Source of the DNA: a virus
Taxonomy: Duplodnaviria > Caudoviricetes
DNA length: 44,498 nucleotides
IMG/VR virus record: IMGVR_UViG_3300020379_000574
Coordinates: 1-44,498 of that record
Reading direction: 5' to 3' (one strand)
How positions within the stretch are numbered: the first letter of the stretch is position 1; each line of letters begins with the position of its first letter. Below are positions 1 through 11,500 of this stretch, piece by piece. The translations under genes and the position numbers were made by a program. A model generated the notes under the pieces. The model was given only the letters and a program-made list of their open reading frames with translations. It did no database searches and was not told where the DNA came from.

Positions 1-90
1 TTTGATTTGCTCATCCACAAGATCCTGAACGAGACCTTGTTCGCCACTGTGACCTGCGTAGTAAGTTGGAAAATAGGAACTTGTAGGCAT
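1..90 (-). CDS. gp14: T4-like neck/head-completion protein gp14, N-terminal 30 codons (runs off the window edge)
   Basis: ATG at 88-90, one base after the gp13 stop. Manual translation gives MPTSSYFPTYYAGHSGEQGLVQDLVDEQIK. The EQxLVQDLVDEQIK segment and the position after gp13 fit cyanomyovirus gp14. Not in the ORF track. Confidence 0.85.
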   Translation of the reverse strand, partial: MPTSSYFPTYYAGHSGEQGLVQDLVDEQIK

Positions 91-91
91 T

Positions 92-904
92 TTATCCGAT
101 CATATCCATTGGTGGAATTGCATACTTACTGAGAACTTCGCCTTCGATTTTCTCAATTTCTGCTAGTGCGTCTGTGTATAATTCTCTACCATTAAGTGTA
201 ATACCGCCAGGTAGCTGTACATTGTTATACTTGATCAAGTTCTGTCCCCATTGTTTTTTCAACAATGAAGTAGCATACTTTTTAACAAACAAATCATTGT
301 ACATTTCAGTTGCATCTGTAGGATCAATCATACGATGAGCCTCAATCAATAGATTCTGTCCTTCTTGTAGGAAGTCCTTATCTATATCAAGATACAAACG
401 ATCACGACGCTGAGTATATCTAAACTGCTGGAATGAACCATTGTTTAAAACCATATCTAGAGTTTCTAGATATTGCTTGGTCATATAGTAGTTTAAGATA
501 TCAAGGGAACCAAAAGCATATAGATCATTTAAGAACATTCTATATTCAATGCCAAATAAGTTAGAACGAATAGAGTTACCCACCATTCCAAAAACTTTAT
601 TGATACCAATTACATGAGATGGTATAGGTATATAATTTGTTGCTTCCTTCCAATTAGTAGTTACTGCACCTTCAACCTTAGAAGTAGTTGCAGTAGCTGC
701 AAGACGAGTTTTATCATCTGCAGTTATCTCATGTACAAGATAACATCTCTCCATTCCGTTATAACAGTTCTCCTGAAAGAACTGAAACGTGTCATCAATT
801 ACATTGTTTACTTGCTCATCATCTACATTAACCTGTAAGACAGGTTCTCCCAACTGCCTCTTAGCATATGTAATTAATTCTGCTTTTGAACTTGGAGATG
901 CCAT
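92..904 (-). CDS. gp13: T4-like neck protein gp13
   Basis: Motifs YAKRQLGEPVLQVNVDDEQ and KKQWGQNLIKYNNVQLPGGITLNG are typical of gp13. ATG at 902-904 (MASPSS) is preferred over the track's non-ATG start at 913. Confidence 0.93.
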   Translation of the reverse strand: MASPSSKAELITYAKRQLGEPVLQVNVDDEQVNNVIDDTFQFFQENCYNGMERCYLVHEITADDKTRLAATATTSKVEGAVTTNWKEATNYIPIPSHVIGINKVFGMVGNSIRSNLFGIEYRMFLNDLYAFGSLDILNYYMTKQYLETLDMVLNNGSFQQFRYTQRRDRLYLDIDKDFLQEGQNLLIEAHRMIDPTDATEMYNDLFVKKYATSLLKKQWGQNLIKYNNVQLPGGITLNGRELYTDALAEIEKIEGEVLSKYAIPPMDMIG

Positions 905-915
905 TACACACAATA

Positions 916-946
916 ATCCCTTCTTACCTATTTAGGAAGAAGGGAT
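916..946 (-). promoter_or_regulatory. Hairpin (10-bp perfect stem) enclosing a CTAAATA late-promoter-like box upstream of gp13
   Basis: ATCCCTTCTT (916-925) is the reverse complement of AAGAAGGGAT (937-946). Minus-strand CTAAATA lies at 929-935. Confidence 0.55.
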
Positions 947-949
947 CCG

Positions 950-957
950 TATTTATT
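950..957 (-). promoter_or_regulatory. T4-type late promoter AATAAATA
   Basis: One mismatch from the gp55-dependent consensus TATAAATA. It overlaps the stop codon of the upstream ORF and precedes gp13. Confidence 0.6.
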
Positions 958-1162
958 CTGCTGGTGTTTCTGGTGCTGGAGTAACTGGTGTTTCTCCACC
1001 TTCTGATGGTTTATCCTCTAGAAGATTTAGAGTTTCTAAACCACCTTCCAATTTAATTTTATATTCTTTTGCTTTAGTAAGGTTTGCTTCTAAATCTGTA
1101 ATTTGCTTTACTGTAGAAGCAATTTGTTCCTCGAAATTTTTCTTAAGTTGTGCTGGATCCAT
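953..1162 (-). CDS. Small coiled-coil hypothetical protein (about 69 aa)
   Basis: Heptad-like MDPAQLKKNFEEQIASTVKQITDLEANLTKAKEYKIKLEGGLETL with a Pro/Glu-rich tail. ATG at 1160-1162. A late-promoter box lies upstream. Confidence 0.8.
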   Translation of the reverse strand: MDPAQLKKNFEEQIASTVKQITDLEANLTKAKEYKIKLEGGLETLNLLEDKPSEGGETPVTPAPETPAE

Positions 1163-1189
1163 GATTATCAAATACCAATGATACTATAC

Positions 1190-1197
1190 TATTTATT
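1190..1197 (-). promoter_or_regulatory. T4-type late promoter AATAAATA
   Basis: Minus-strand AATAAATA overlapping the stop of the 329-aa ORF, about 28 nt upstream of the next ATG. Confidence 0.6.
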
Positions 1198-2185
1198 ATA
1201 GACCAAAATGTGACCTTGCGTCTGATAAGAAGTTCTGAACAAAAGTTCTTGCCTGACTTTGACTCATTGAACCCTGTGTTTGACCATTCGATACAAGAGC
1301 TGTCCAAACGAAACAGTTTCTTGAGGTTGATTCGTATTGAGATTGGTCATTATCAGAACTAGAAGCAAAGGTAGTAACATTAAATCCATTAGAAACATTA
1401 CTCTGCCAGTTAGGAGAACCAACAGTGCAATATAGGTGCATAATACCTGGGTCACTGTTCTGGTTCCATGCTTTGTTTACAAGCCATGCATAAACTGGAC
1501 TGAAACCTTCCACTGTTGCGTTATCGTATACAGTGACAGAACCTACTGATCCTCCACCACCGTCAGCACCTAGGTTACCACTTCTTGAGAAACCATATCT
1601 AACGTCTTGCCCATCTTCAGCAACTGCAATTGCAACCAGTGGCCACGAATATCCAAGTGGAGCATATTTAACACCAGTAAATGTATTAGGTTGTGCGTTG
1701 TAGTTAATGTTGCTACTGCCACCTCCGTTAACTCTAACTTGAGTGTAGTTACCACCGTCATACATGTCAGATTGAGCATCTTGAATTCTATCAGCACTAC
1801 TACTATCTGTTGCATACTGGAAGTTAGTACCACTCGCTGCCCAAGAAGTTTTCAAGTTCTGCATATACGAAATAAATGACTGGAATGAAGTATCGTCATA
1901 TAGGTTAAAGGGAAGACCACTAACAGAACCACCCATAGAAGTCCATTGAGCGTCTCCTGAAACAGGATTAACACCGTTGTAAACTTCAAGATAACTTGTT
2001 TCTGTATTAAGTCCCATGTAACCAATATTGATTCCAGACGCAGGTCTAGTGCTAGTAGTCCATGTTGGAACTACAACTGAAGAAGGAGTGAATCCACCAG
2101 CAAACTCAATGGTATTACCACTGAGTGTCATTACGGGTTCACCATTTTTATTTTGTAGTTGATCTACTCTAAGAATACTTGCCAT
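1196..2185 (-). CDS. Putative tail-fibre tip / receptor-binding virion protein (329 aa): N-terminal adaptor plus C-terminal domain of unknown function
   Basis: N-terminal MASILRVDQLQ and VPTWTTSTRP...GYMGLNTETSYLEVYNG...W match motifs common in cyanophage fibre-associated proteins. It lies downstream of the giant fibre, and its N-terminus is paralogous to the 97-aa ORF. Confidence 0.65.
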   Translation of the reverse strand: MASILRVDQLQNKNGEPVMTLSGNTIEFAGGFTPSSVVVPTWTTSTRPASGINIGYMGLNTETSYLEVYNGVNPVSGDAQWTSMGGSVSGLPFNLYDDTSFQSFISYMQNLKTSWAASGTNFQYATDSSSADRIQDAQSDMYDGGNYTQVRVNGGGSSNINYNAQPNTFTGVKYAPLGYSWPLVAIAVAEDGQDVRYGFSRSGNLGADGGGGSVGSVTVYDNATVEGFSPVYAWLVNKAWNQNSDPGIMHLYCTVGSPNWQSNVSNGFNVTTFASSSDNDQSQYESTSRNCFVWTALVSNGQTQGSMSQSQARTFVQNFLSDARSHFGL

Positions 2186-2216
2186 TGTGGATTACAAACG
2201 TTACTTTCGTTTTTAT

Positions 2217-2224
2217 TATTTATA
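2217..2224 (-). promoter_or_regulatory. T4 late promoter TATAAATA (perfect consensus)
   Basis: Plus-strand TATTTATA at 2217-2224, intergenic, about 31 nt upstream of the ATG at 2185. Confidence 0.8.
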
Positions 2225-2229
2225 TTAAA

Positions 2230-2523
2230 TTATGGAGCGTCTGGGGCATCGACACCAGTATTGATGCTTAACCAACTTGGTTCTCCTGATAATGGATGAG
2301 TACCTAGGTACACATCAATAACTGCCTGTTCAAATGCAGTATTAACACCCATAGTTCCAACAACTGGATTTGCTGGTCTTTCAGCAGCACCATTCCATGA
2401 AGGAAAATTAAAACCTGCAGGTTGATATGATCCGTCAAAATCAACAAGACCACCAGCAGCAAAGGTCATTAGTTGCTGTCCAGATGGAGTTTGTATTTTA
2501 TCTAGTTTTAATATACTTGACAT
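2230..2523 (-). CDS. Small fibre-associated protein (97 aa), stand-alone adaptor-like domain
   Basis: MSSILKLDKIQ...FPSWNGAAERP...GTMGVNT...IDVYLG...W aligns by eye with the first ~85 aa of the 329-aa ORF. An AGAGG Shine-Dalgarno lies upstream. Confidence 0.75.
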   Translation of the reverse strand: MSSILKLDKIQTPSGQQLMTFAAGGLVDFDGSYQPAGFNFPSWNGAAERPANPVVGTMGVNTAFEQAVIDVYLGTHPLSGEPSWLSINTGVDAPDAP

Positions 2524-2535
2524 TTTTTCCTCTTG

Positions 2536-5500
2536 TTATACGATAGTCCAACTTCCGCCATTGGCAACAGTGATGGTAGTGTTATCACCAATTTCAATAG
2601 TTCCAACACTCATCGCATTTGTGTTTGCTGGAATTGTTGTATCTTCACCTGCTATGGTTCTATTACACTTGAATACACCATATGAATCCAAATATTGTGG
2701 ATCACCATTAGCATGGAGAACAGAAGTATTCTTTCCGCTATTATATGTAGTACCCTCAATGTTTACGCTGGCATCAGAATTTGCAACCGAAGTTCCAATG
2801 TGTAATGCGTATGTTGGGTCTTCTTGGTTGATACCAACCTTAGATAATCTATAGATGTTAGCACTATTTGCATCGCTAGATTCTGTCCAACGTGAAGTTA
2901 CGAATGGAGCATTATCAACATATAGGTTACCATTGTTTATGTTAAGATCTCCCTCAACATTCAGAGAATAATCTCTGTTAATAATATTATTTGGATCTGT
3001 GTTATCTTGTCCAGAGAACGTTGTAGTGTTGATAGCAACTCTATTACTAGTTCCTAGGATTGCTAGTGCAGGTGTACCCTTCCAAGTAGTAGGACCTTGA
3101 GATCCATCATTAGCAGTGATTTCAAAGATGTCATTAGAAATCATTCCGTTACCAACACGGAAGTTACTTAATTGGTTAGGACCACCTCCTACTAAACCAC
3201 CAGTATTACCTAGGAAATAGATAGGAGCATCATCATTATTAGCAGTTGTACCAAGTGTTATACCTTGGATTGCTGTAAGTGCCTGAGAAACATATGCATT
3301 TCCTTCAACATGTAATCTTTCGGTTGGGTTCATAATACCCAAGCCAACGCGACCATCACCAGTGAAGATTACGTTATCCTGAGCAGTACCAGCATTTGTC
3401 TGTCTAAAGATAAAGTTGGTAGCTGCTTCGTCATTATCACCAAAGTCAGTGTCATTTACAGTGACTGCTTGAATGTATGCTTCGTTGGTAGAGTTATTAC
3501 CATCTTGGTTCTTAAACAGAATCTGAGAACCACCAGGTGTAGCGATGAAATCACTTCTAGTAGTTTCTAATTTAAGTAGAGTAGTAATATCACTAGTACC
3601 AACACTCCCTTTAAATACGTGAATTGGAATTCCACTATCTGGAGTTGAAGTTCCGAAGCCAACTGCATCGTCTGTAGCATCTACATGGAATACATTAGTG
3701 TCAACTGTTAGATCGGCAGCAACTGTAATGTTACTTAAGAAATCTCCTCTACCAGATACGCTTAGTGCTTGATTGGAAGTAGCAACACCACCAATAATCA
3801 AAGCACCAGTCATTGTATCACCAGCTTTCAGAACGTTATTAGATGCTGAACCAGTTAGGTTTGCAGTAATTGTTCCTGCAGCAAAGTCACCGTTAACATC
3901 ACGCATTACAGCAGAACGAACTGTAATGTTACCCTGTGAATCTGTTGATGGTGCAATATTTGCACTGTAGTATTGTACAGTACCAGCATTCCAAATTTCA
4001 TTACCTAATACAGTAAATCCAGAAGAATTAGCAACCTTAACTTCTAAAGTACCACTACCATCTGTGCTATTACCACCTTGAGCAATAAATGCAGAGTTGT
4101 AGTTTGTAGCTGTTGATTGGGAAGATTTGAAGAAGATAGAAGGAGTAGATGCGGTTCCGTCTCTACCAAGTTTTAATTTTGCATTACCACCATCACTTTC
4201 TGCTACGATAACTTCATATGTACCGTCTACAATACCATCTACATTATCATCAATCTGAGATAAGTTGAAATCTTGGAATTCAAATGCATTTGCAACACCA
4301 CCAGTACCAATAAATTTAGCACCAGTAAAGTTACCAGTAGTCAAACTACCAGTTAATAAGGTATAGTTATTAGCAGCATCATTAACATCTTGAGTTGGTT
4401 CTACCTTTGTTAATGTAATTGCACCAACACCAGCACCAACACTATCATATAAGTTTACAGAATTACCACTTACAAATGGTGTAGTATTTAAAAGTTCGTC
4501 TCTAACAAGAATTGTATATCTTGGAGTACCAACCCAATCCATAACACGGATCTTGTTTAGATTATCCTTAGCAGATTGTAAGAATGGTAATCTTTCATTA
4601 GATAGAGTACCATAATTCATATGGAGTGCAGTCTGATACCAAGTTCCTTGGCGACCATCCATTTTATCAGCATCTAAGCCACTTAATGTACCGTCGTTTC
4701 CAGAAGTCCAAACCTGATACCAGTTAGCAAATGTGTTAGCAGGACTGTTAAATGAACCACGTAACCACATGTTACCACCATTGGCAGCAGTACCATCTGT
4801 AAATGCAAGTTGTCTTACACCACCATATGTGGCATCAAAGTCAGAACCACCATTTCTAATGGTCATTACAAGGTGCTTACTACCACCATCTGATAATCCA
4901 TCAGTACTGTTGTTCTTAGTATCAGCAATAATACCAGCAGAGAACTCGTCTGGTGATGGGTTAGATAGTGGAGCGTCTGCAGTTTTTAATCTTAGTGTAT
5001 TACCAGAAGTGTTGGAAATACTAATATTGTATGTGCCTGATAATCTTTCAGTTGGTAAGAAACCAGCATTCATATTACCTGCATTCAAGTAGAATGTACC
5101 CTGTGCTCCATCAAGTGTATCAGCGTCAAGACCTGAATCTGGTCCTGTATTAATAGAAACAGAACCATTACCAGCGTCACCAATGTTAAACTGACTCTTA
5201 AGGTATCTAGAAACACCAAGTGTACCGTATGGATCACCAGAAGTTGTTAGATCAGAAACTCTCTGAATGTCAATAGCAACGTTTGCATACTGTCTATTAA
5301 CAGTAGATACCTTAGCAAGTAATGATAGACCAGAACCTGCACCAATTTCAGTTGGAGAAGATGAAACTGCAAAATCTGATAGATAACCTTCACCACTGTC
5401 TGTGATGTTTATACCAGTAACACTACCATTAGTTGTGAAGATGTTTGCTCTCAATCCTGTTCCAGGTGCTCCACCAGTTAGAGGAACATCGAAGAATGGA

Positions 5501-8500
5501 CCAGCATCAAATCCACTACCACCTTGAGCAATAACAATCTTATCAACAAATCCACCTTGTGTCTGAGAAGATTCAAAGGTTAGTGGGGAAGCACCTCTAC
5601 TAAATTCTAGAACTGTTCCAGCAGGAAGAGTTGCTGTTAAGAACTTATCAAGAGTAATTGTAGTTTCACCAGATTCGGTTAGAACACCATCAATATTTGT
5701 GTCTACTTGAATACCAGTAATTTGTGTAACTTCATGACCTTTCAAGAAGTCAGAACTAGAATCAAATATTAACTGAGAAGCACCACTATTTGCTTGTATT
5801 TTTAATTTTGCAAAGTATCTTGTTTCTGGACCTTTGAGTGTTTGTACTGCAGGTGCATATGCCTGATCTCCTCTCAAGAAAGTAAAGGAGTTAGCAGCAC
5901 TCTGTTCTCCAGATGCGTTAGACGCAAGACGTGCAGTTGAGATAACACCTGAAGTAATATCAGTAGCAGCAATTTGATTAGATGATAGAGATACCCAGTT
6001 ATTAGTATTACTTGCAGATGTGTTAATAACACGGTTGATGTTAATTGTCTCTGCTGGAAGATCACTAGATTCAATTGTATCTGTGTCTACAATTTTTACA
6101 TTGTTAACAATATCACCATACACTCTGCTCTCAATCAATGCATTTGCGGTTGCTTGTGTTCCTGATCCTGCAGGAGCAGCAATAGTAATTGTTGGAGGAA
6201 CAGTATATCCTTTACCACCAACATAAGTATTGAACAATTCAATGTTCAATATAACAACTTGACCGTTTGCAATCTCTGCAGTAATGTTTGCTGGAACACC
6301 ACCAGCTTGCTGGTTACCAGAAACTGTAACAATTGGAGGAGTTACATATCCAGAACCACCATCAACAATATTAAGTTGATAAACAACACCTTGTCTATAC
6401 TCTGTTGATTGGATCTTACCACCACTGATATTACCAGTAAAGATATCTCCAATAGTAAACTGTAATGTTGAATCAACAGCAAACGATACGAATAAACTTT
6501 CGTTGTCATTGTTTAAAATGAACGATGTGGTAATATCCTGTTGAATAGCAATATCACCAGCAAGTGCTCCTTCAATAGCAACTCTTTCTGCTTGATCCGC
6601 AACTGTGTAAACTTGGAATGGACGTAGTGGTGGAATCTGATCTTCTGAAATCTTACCAGAATCAGTAAGTTCAACCAATGCTCTAGGAACTGGGTTTGTA
6701 GAATATGGTTTGTTAATGAAAGGACCAAGATTGTTAGTGATGAAGTCCTTAACTGCTTTCTGTGTAGGTAGTTTAGAGTCACTAGAGTTAGCACCACCAA
6801 GAGTATTGCTGTTATCAAAACCAGTAACAACAACGTCACCACCTTTCAACTTCAAGAATTCAACTTCAGAAATGGTAACTGTACCAGTGAAGGTAATGTT
6901 ACCAGTTCTGTTCTCAATTCTAGCAAATGTACCAACTTTAAAGTCACCTATTTCATCAGTACCAGAGACGTATGTTCTACCATAGTTCTCAGATACTTGC
7001 TCGTTAGCTTCAACTTTAACACCACCGTTCTCTGGTAAAGCAAGGTAACTAGTACCAGAACCAGCATATTCCCATGTATGAGATGAGGAGTTGACAATAG
7101 AAGGTCTGTGTAATCTAATTGTTTCTCCAACCAATGTTGTAACTGATACTACATTACCAGTAGTAGAGTTCTTAAATTCTGCAGGACCACCAGAACCAGA
7201 TTCTAGTGTTAATTGAGCAGAGAAAGGAGGACCAACTGTAACGCCTTCTACAGTATCAACAAAGTATTCAATTTCTGGGTTGACATTTTCAAATCCATCA
7301 ATCTTAACAACATAATGCTCTAATGGTTCTCTACCAAGACCACTTACAGATAAGATAGTTCTACCAGTAGGAGTAGAAGAAACATTACCAATAATTGCAT
7401 TATCAAAATCGTATGATATTTCACTATATCCTCTTGCTCTTAGAGCAAAAATACCAAAGTTAGTAGCAGAGTTGGTAATAGATGCATAACCACCACTCTC
7501 TGCAAGAACACCGTCTGCACAGAAAATACAGAAGACAGAAACTAACTGTACATAACCATCGTTAATAATCCTATATCCAGTACCACCTTCAGAAACAATC
7601 GTGAAGGCAGATGCAACCATTGACTTACCCTGGTTAGGGAACTTAGCTGCTCCCTCAATAGTTAATCCAGGGAAAGGACAGTTAGGTTGTTTAACTTTAT
7701 CACCATCAATCAGAGCACCACCACCACCTAACTTGGAGATAACAGATGAGTTCTGTGTATATGGAGATGCCTCAATGATAGGATAGTCATCATAGGTTGA
7801 TCTAACAGCAATCTTCACATTATTTTGATCACTAATGAAACTATCTGGATATGTGTATAGATCTGCTGTATCAAGTAAGGTTCCAGTAGTTTGTGTAGTA
7901 TCACCCTTAGTAATTGTTCCATCTAAGATATCTTCTATTAAAGCAAATGCTGTGTTAATAGAAGCTTGTACGTTAGCACAAAGTGGGTTTCCACTAGGAT
8001 CTCCAAGAATTGTGTTGTCTGTAAATCTTGGAATTGATGTGAATAAAACAGGAGTTGTGTTACCAGCATCATCTACAAAATTCCTCATTGCCTCAATACA
8101 GAGGTTTTTTACTTGATTGTATGCATAGATGGTAGGAGCAAGTTCACTTGCAGGAATTCCTGTAAGTTCATTTCCTGTATAATAAGTTTCTGCTGCTTGA
8201 ACAATACCAATATTACCACCAAGAACAAGGTCTCTTATTAGACCACTGATAATGATGTTAATATCTCTACGGCACTTACGTTCATCAACATTATTAAGAA
8301 CAAGAGATGGGAAGTTATTCCTAGTAGCTCTATATGCTTCATCTGTAATATGATCTCTGTTTCTAGTAATTAGATATGCAGCATCTAGATATGTTCCAGA
8401 AGCATTATTTGCAAGAACATCAACGAAAAGATATGCAAGAGTATCAATTGCAGATTGAACGTTATTACATGCTCCACCTGCATTCAAATCATCAATAATA

Positions 8501-11500
8501 GTTGGGTCAAAGTATCTTGGGATACTAGAGTATACAGGAGTGTAAACAGGATCAGTTGTAAGACCAGTTCCTGTTCTCCATTTTCTCATTGCATAGATGC
8601 AAAGTTCGCGAGCATATTCCATCGCACGAACAGTTTGAATAATCTCAGTATCTACAAAATCAATTTTTGTAACTGTTGCATCGATGTATTTCTTCGCAGC
8701 ATTTATAGTATTATGGTTGCTACCAAATTCAAGGTCAGCAGTAATAGCATTAATAAAGTGCTTAACGTCTCTTACACATTTTGAATCACCAGAAGGAATA
8801 CTAAAGCTTGGATATTTTTTCTGTGTTGTTACACCATCAATATCACATTCAAATAAAATATCATCAAGTTGAACAGTATCATCTTCTGCGATATTTGGTA
8901 TAGAAGCATTAACTGTTACAACTGCAGTTCCAGTGATAAGGTTATCATAAACAAAATTAGTGATATTGTAAGTAACACCACCAAACGTAGCAGTACCACC
9001 ACTGACATATGTGTGTGTAAATCTATTTGCACCTAAGAAAACCTTAAATGAATTTCCACCAGTAGATAGATTACCATTTGTTGTTCTTACAAATGTATGA
9101 GCAGTTTGAGCTCTAAACCTAACAGCGTTTGCTGCAGAACCTTCAAAATAATGTGTAGATTGTGGTTCATATCTTATAGCTTGAGCTGCAGCAGTTACGA
9201 AAGTATGAGCAGTGGTGTTAGAAGAAATACCTACGTTAATAGTAATTGTGCCATCTTGACGTGAAATTGCATTCTCAGAAGCACTTAAAAATGTATGAGT
9301 GCCAGTATAAGAAGAATCTCCAACACTAATCCTAAATGTGTTTGTGTCTACAACTGTAATAGGAACCCATCTACCACTGATAGGATCAAATCCTGCACGA
9401 GGATAAGAACTACCAACATCTGCTTTTCCAACATTAAGTGTAATTGTTGTTCCAGTTGTTTCAATAATATCTAATGATGTATTGTATGCAGGGTCAGTTG
9501 CACGTGGATAATCATGTTGAGATGCATTACCATCTTTATCACAAGTGAATTTTAATGATTCGGGATCAAGTCTAACAGATGATCCTTTCTTAGTGATACT
9601 ATTAGCAACACCAGAAATAAATGTATGTGTATCTGTATTTGTAGAAGGTACTGTATCTAATACTTGAATATCAAAGGAAGTAGAAGATCCAACAGCAAGA
9701 ACTTGAATCCACTTACCACTGATAGGATCAGCACCAGTTGAAACACCGTTAGCTGTACCAGATACAAATGTATGAACAGAATTAATACTAATAGCACCTT
9801 GTCCACCATTAACATTAACTGTTACACTATCAGTAGTTACAGCTGAAATTATTAATTCGTTATCATAGGCATAGTCAGCACCACTAGCTGTATTAGCACC
9901 TGTTGCTCTTGGATATGCACTTTGATTAGTGGTTGATGCTACACCAACATTAACTGTGATAGTAGTTGCTGATACGTTTGTAATAGCAATGTTCTCACCA
10001 GAAACAGGGTCAGTTGCTCTTGGATATTGATGGTTAGTTGCGTTGTTATCAGCATCACAAGTAAATGTAACAGCACCATTAGACATGGTGATTGTATTCC
10101 CTTGAGTTAAACTATGAGAACCAATCTCCAATACCATCTCACCTGTATTAGGATTGTAAGTAGTTCCAGCAGCAGCTGTAAATTGACTGCCACCACCACT
10201 AATAGCACTAGGAGCACCAGTAACAAATGCGTGAGTTCCAACAGCAGCAGGACATTCAAAGATTAATGATTCCTCTGCAAGTTTTATTTTATCTCCAGCT
10301 TGTAATGAGTGAGCACCAATGGTAAGTGTCATTACACCACTAGCAGGTACATAAGCAGCATCTGATACTGTATGATTCTCAGGACCACGAGGATAAGAAG
10401 TTCCTGGAGAACTAACACCAACATTAACTGTGATAGTTGTACCAGTTACAGAAGTAACATCAATTTCTTCTCCTGCTACTGGGTCAGATGGACGTGGATA
10501 TGAATGAGTTGTATTATAGTTGTCTGCATCACACTCGAAATCTAAAGAAGCAGCATTTATTTTTACTTTATTAGCAGTTGATAAACTATGAGTACCAATA
10601 GTTAATTCTAATTCACCAGTAGTAGGAGTATATGCAGCATTAGTTACATCAAATCTGTTACCTCCAACTACCTTCACTGCACCAGTTGCAGTACCACCAA
10701 CGTAGTTGTGATTACCAGCACCATATGAGCAACTGAATTTTACAGCACCATCATCTAACTTAACCTTATCACCAACTACAAAACCATGAGCAGAATCTGT
10801 TGTAATACTCATAATACCCGTTGTTGGGTTATATGTTGTACCAGTAGTAGGTGATGCTATTGTTTGACCATCAAGACTATGAGAACCGATGGTTAATTGT
10901 AATTCACCAGTATAAGGATCATAACTTGCATTACTAACATCATGACTTACTATAGGTGATGAACCTACGTTTACTGTAATAGTATTGGTTGTAGTTCCTG
11001 TAATACTAATAGTCTGACCAGATACAGGGTCAGATGGTCTAGGATAACTATGCTCTGTAGCATTATTATCCATTGAACAAGTAAATTTCAGTGCATTATC
11101 AGCAATAGTAAGTGTATTACCTGTAGTTAATCCATGACCATTAGAGGTAATAACCATATTACCTGTGGATGGAGTATATACCACATTGGTAACTGGGTTA
11201 GGTAAGTTACCAGCATTAGAGTTAACTCCATTTGCTACAGCAGATACAAATGTGTGTGAATAATTACCACCTGATTTAACTGCTCCACCAGTTGCACTTA
11301 CAAATTGGTGTGTGTAGTTACCACCTATAGCACAAGAATAGGTTAAAGAATTGTCTGCAATCTTAACATAATCACCTGTTGTAAATCCATGGTCATTAAC
11401 TGTAAATGTAATTAAACCACTTGTTGCATCATATGGAGCATCGGTTGGTGTATGTAAACTCTCACCAACAGCAGTAATAGCAATTGATTTACTATCTGCA

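Noticed and set aside
955-1000. Short repeat CTGGTGTTTCT in the small coiled-coil gene
   Set aside because: It simply encodes a low-complexity ETP/APE tail. There are two copies only and no spacer structure.
2536-3700. Possible peptidase S74 intramolecular chaperone at the fibre C-terminus, after the VGIN/VGLG repeats
   Set aside because: No SDxRxK cleavage motif was seen. The protein ends in a different GGSWTIV-type domain.
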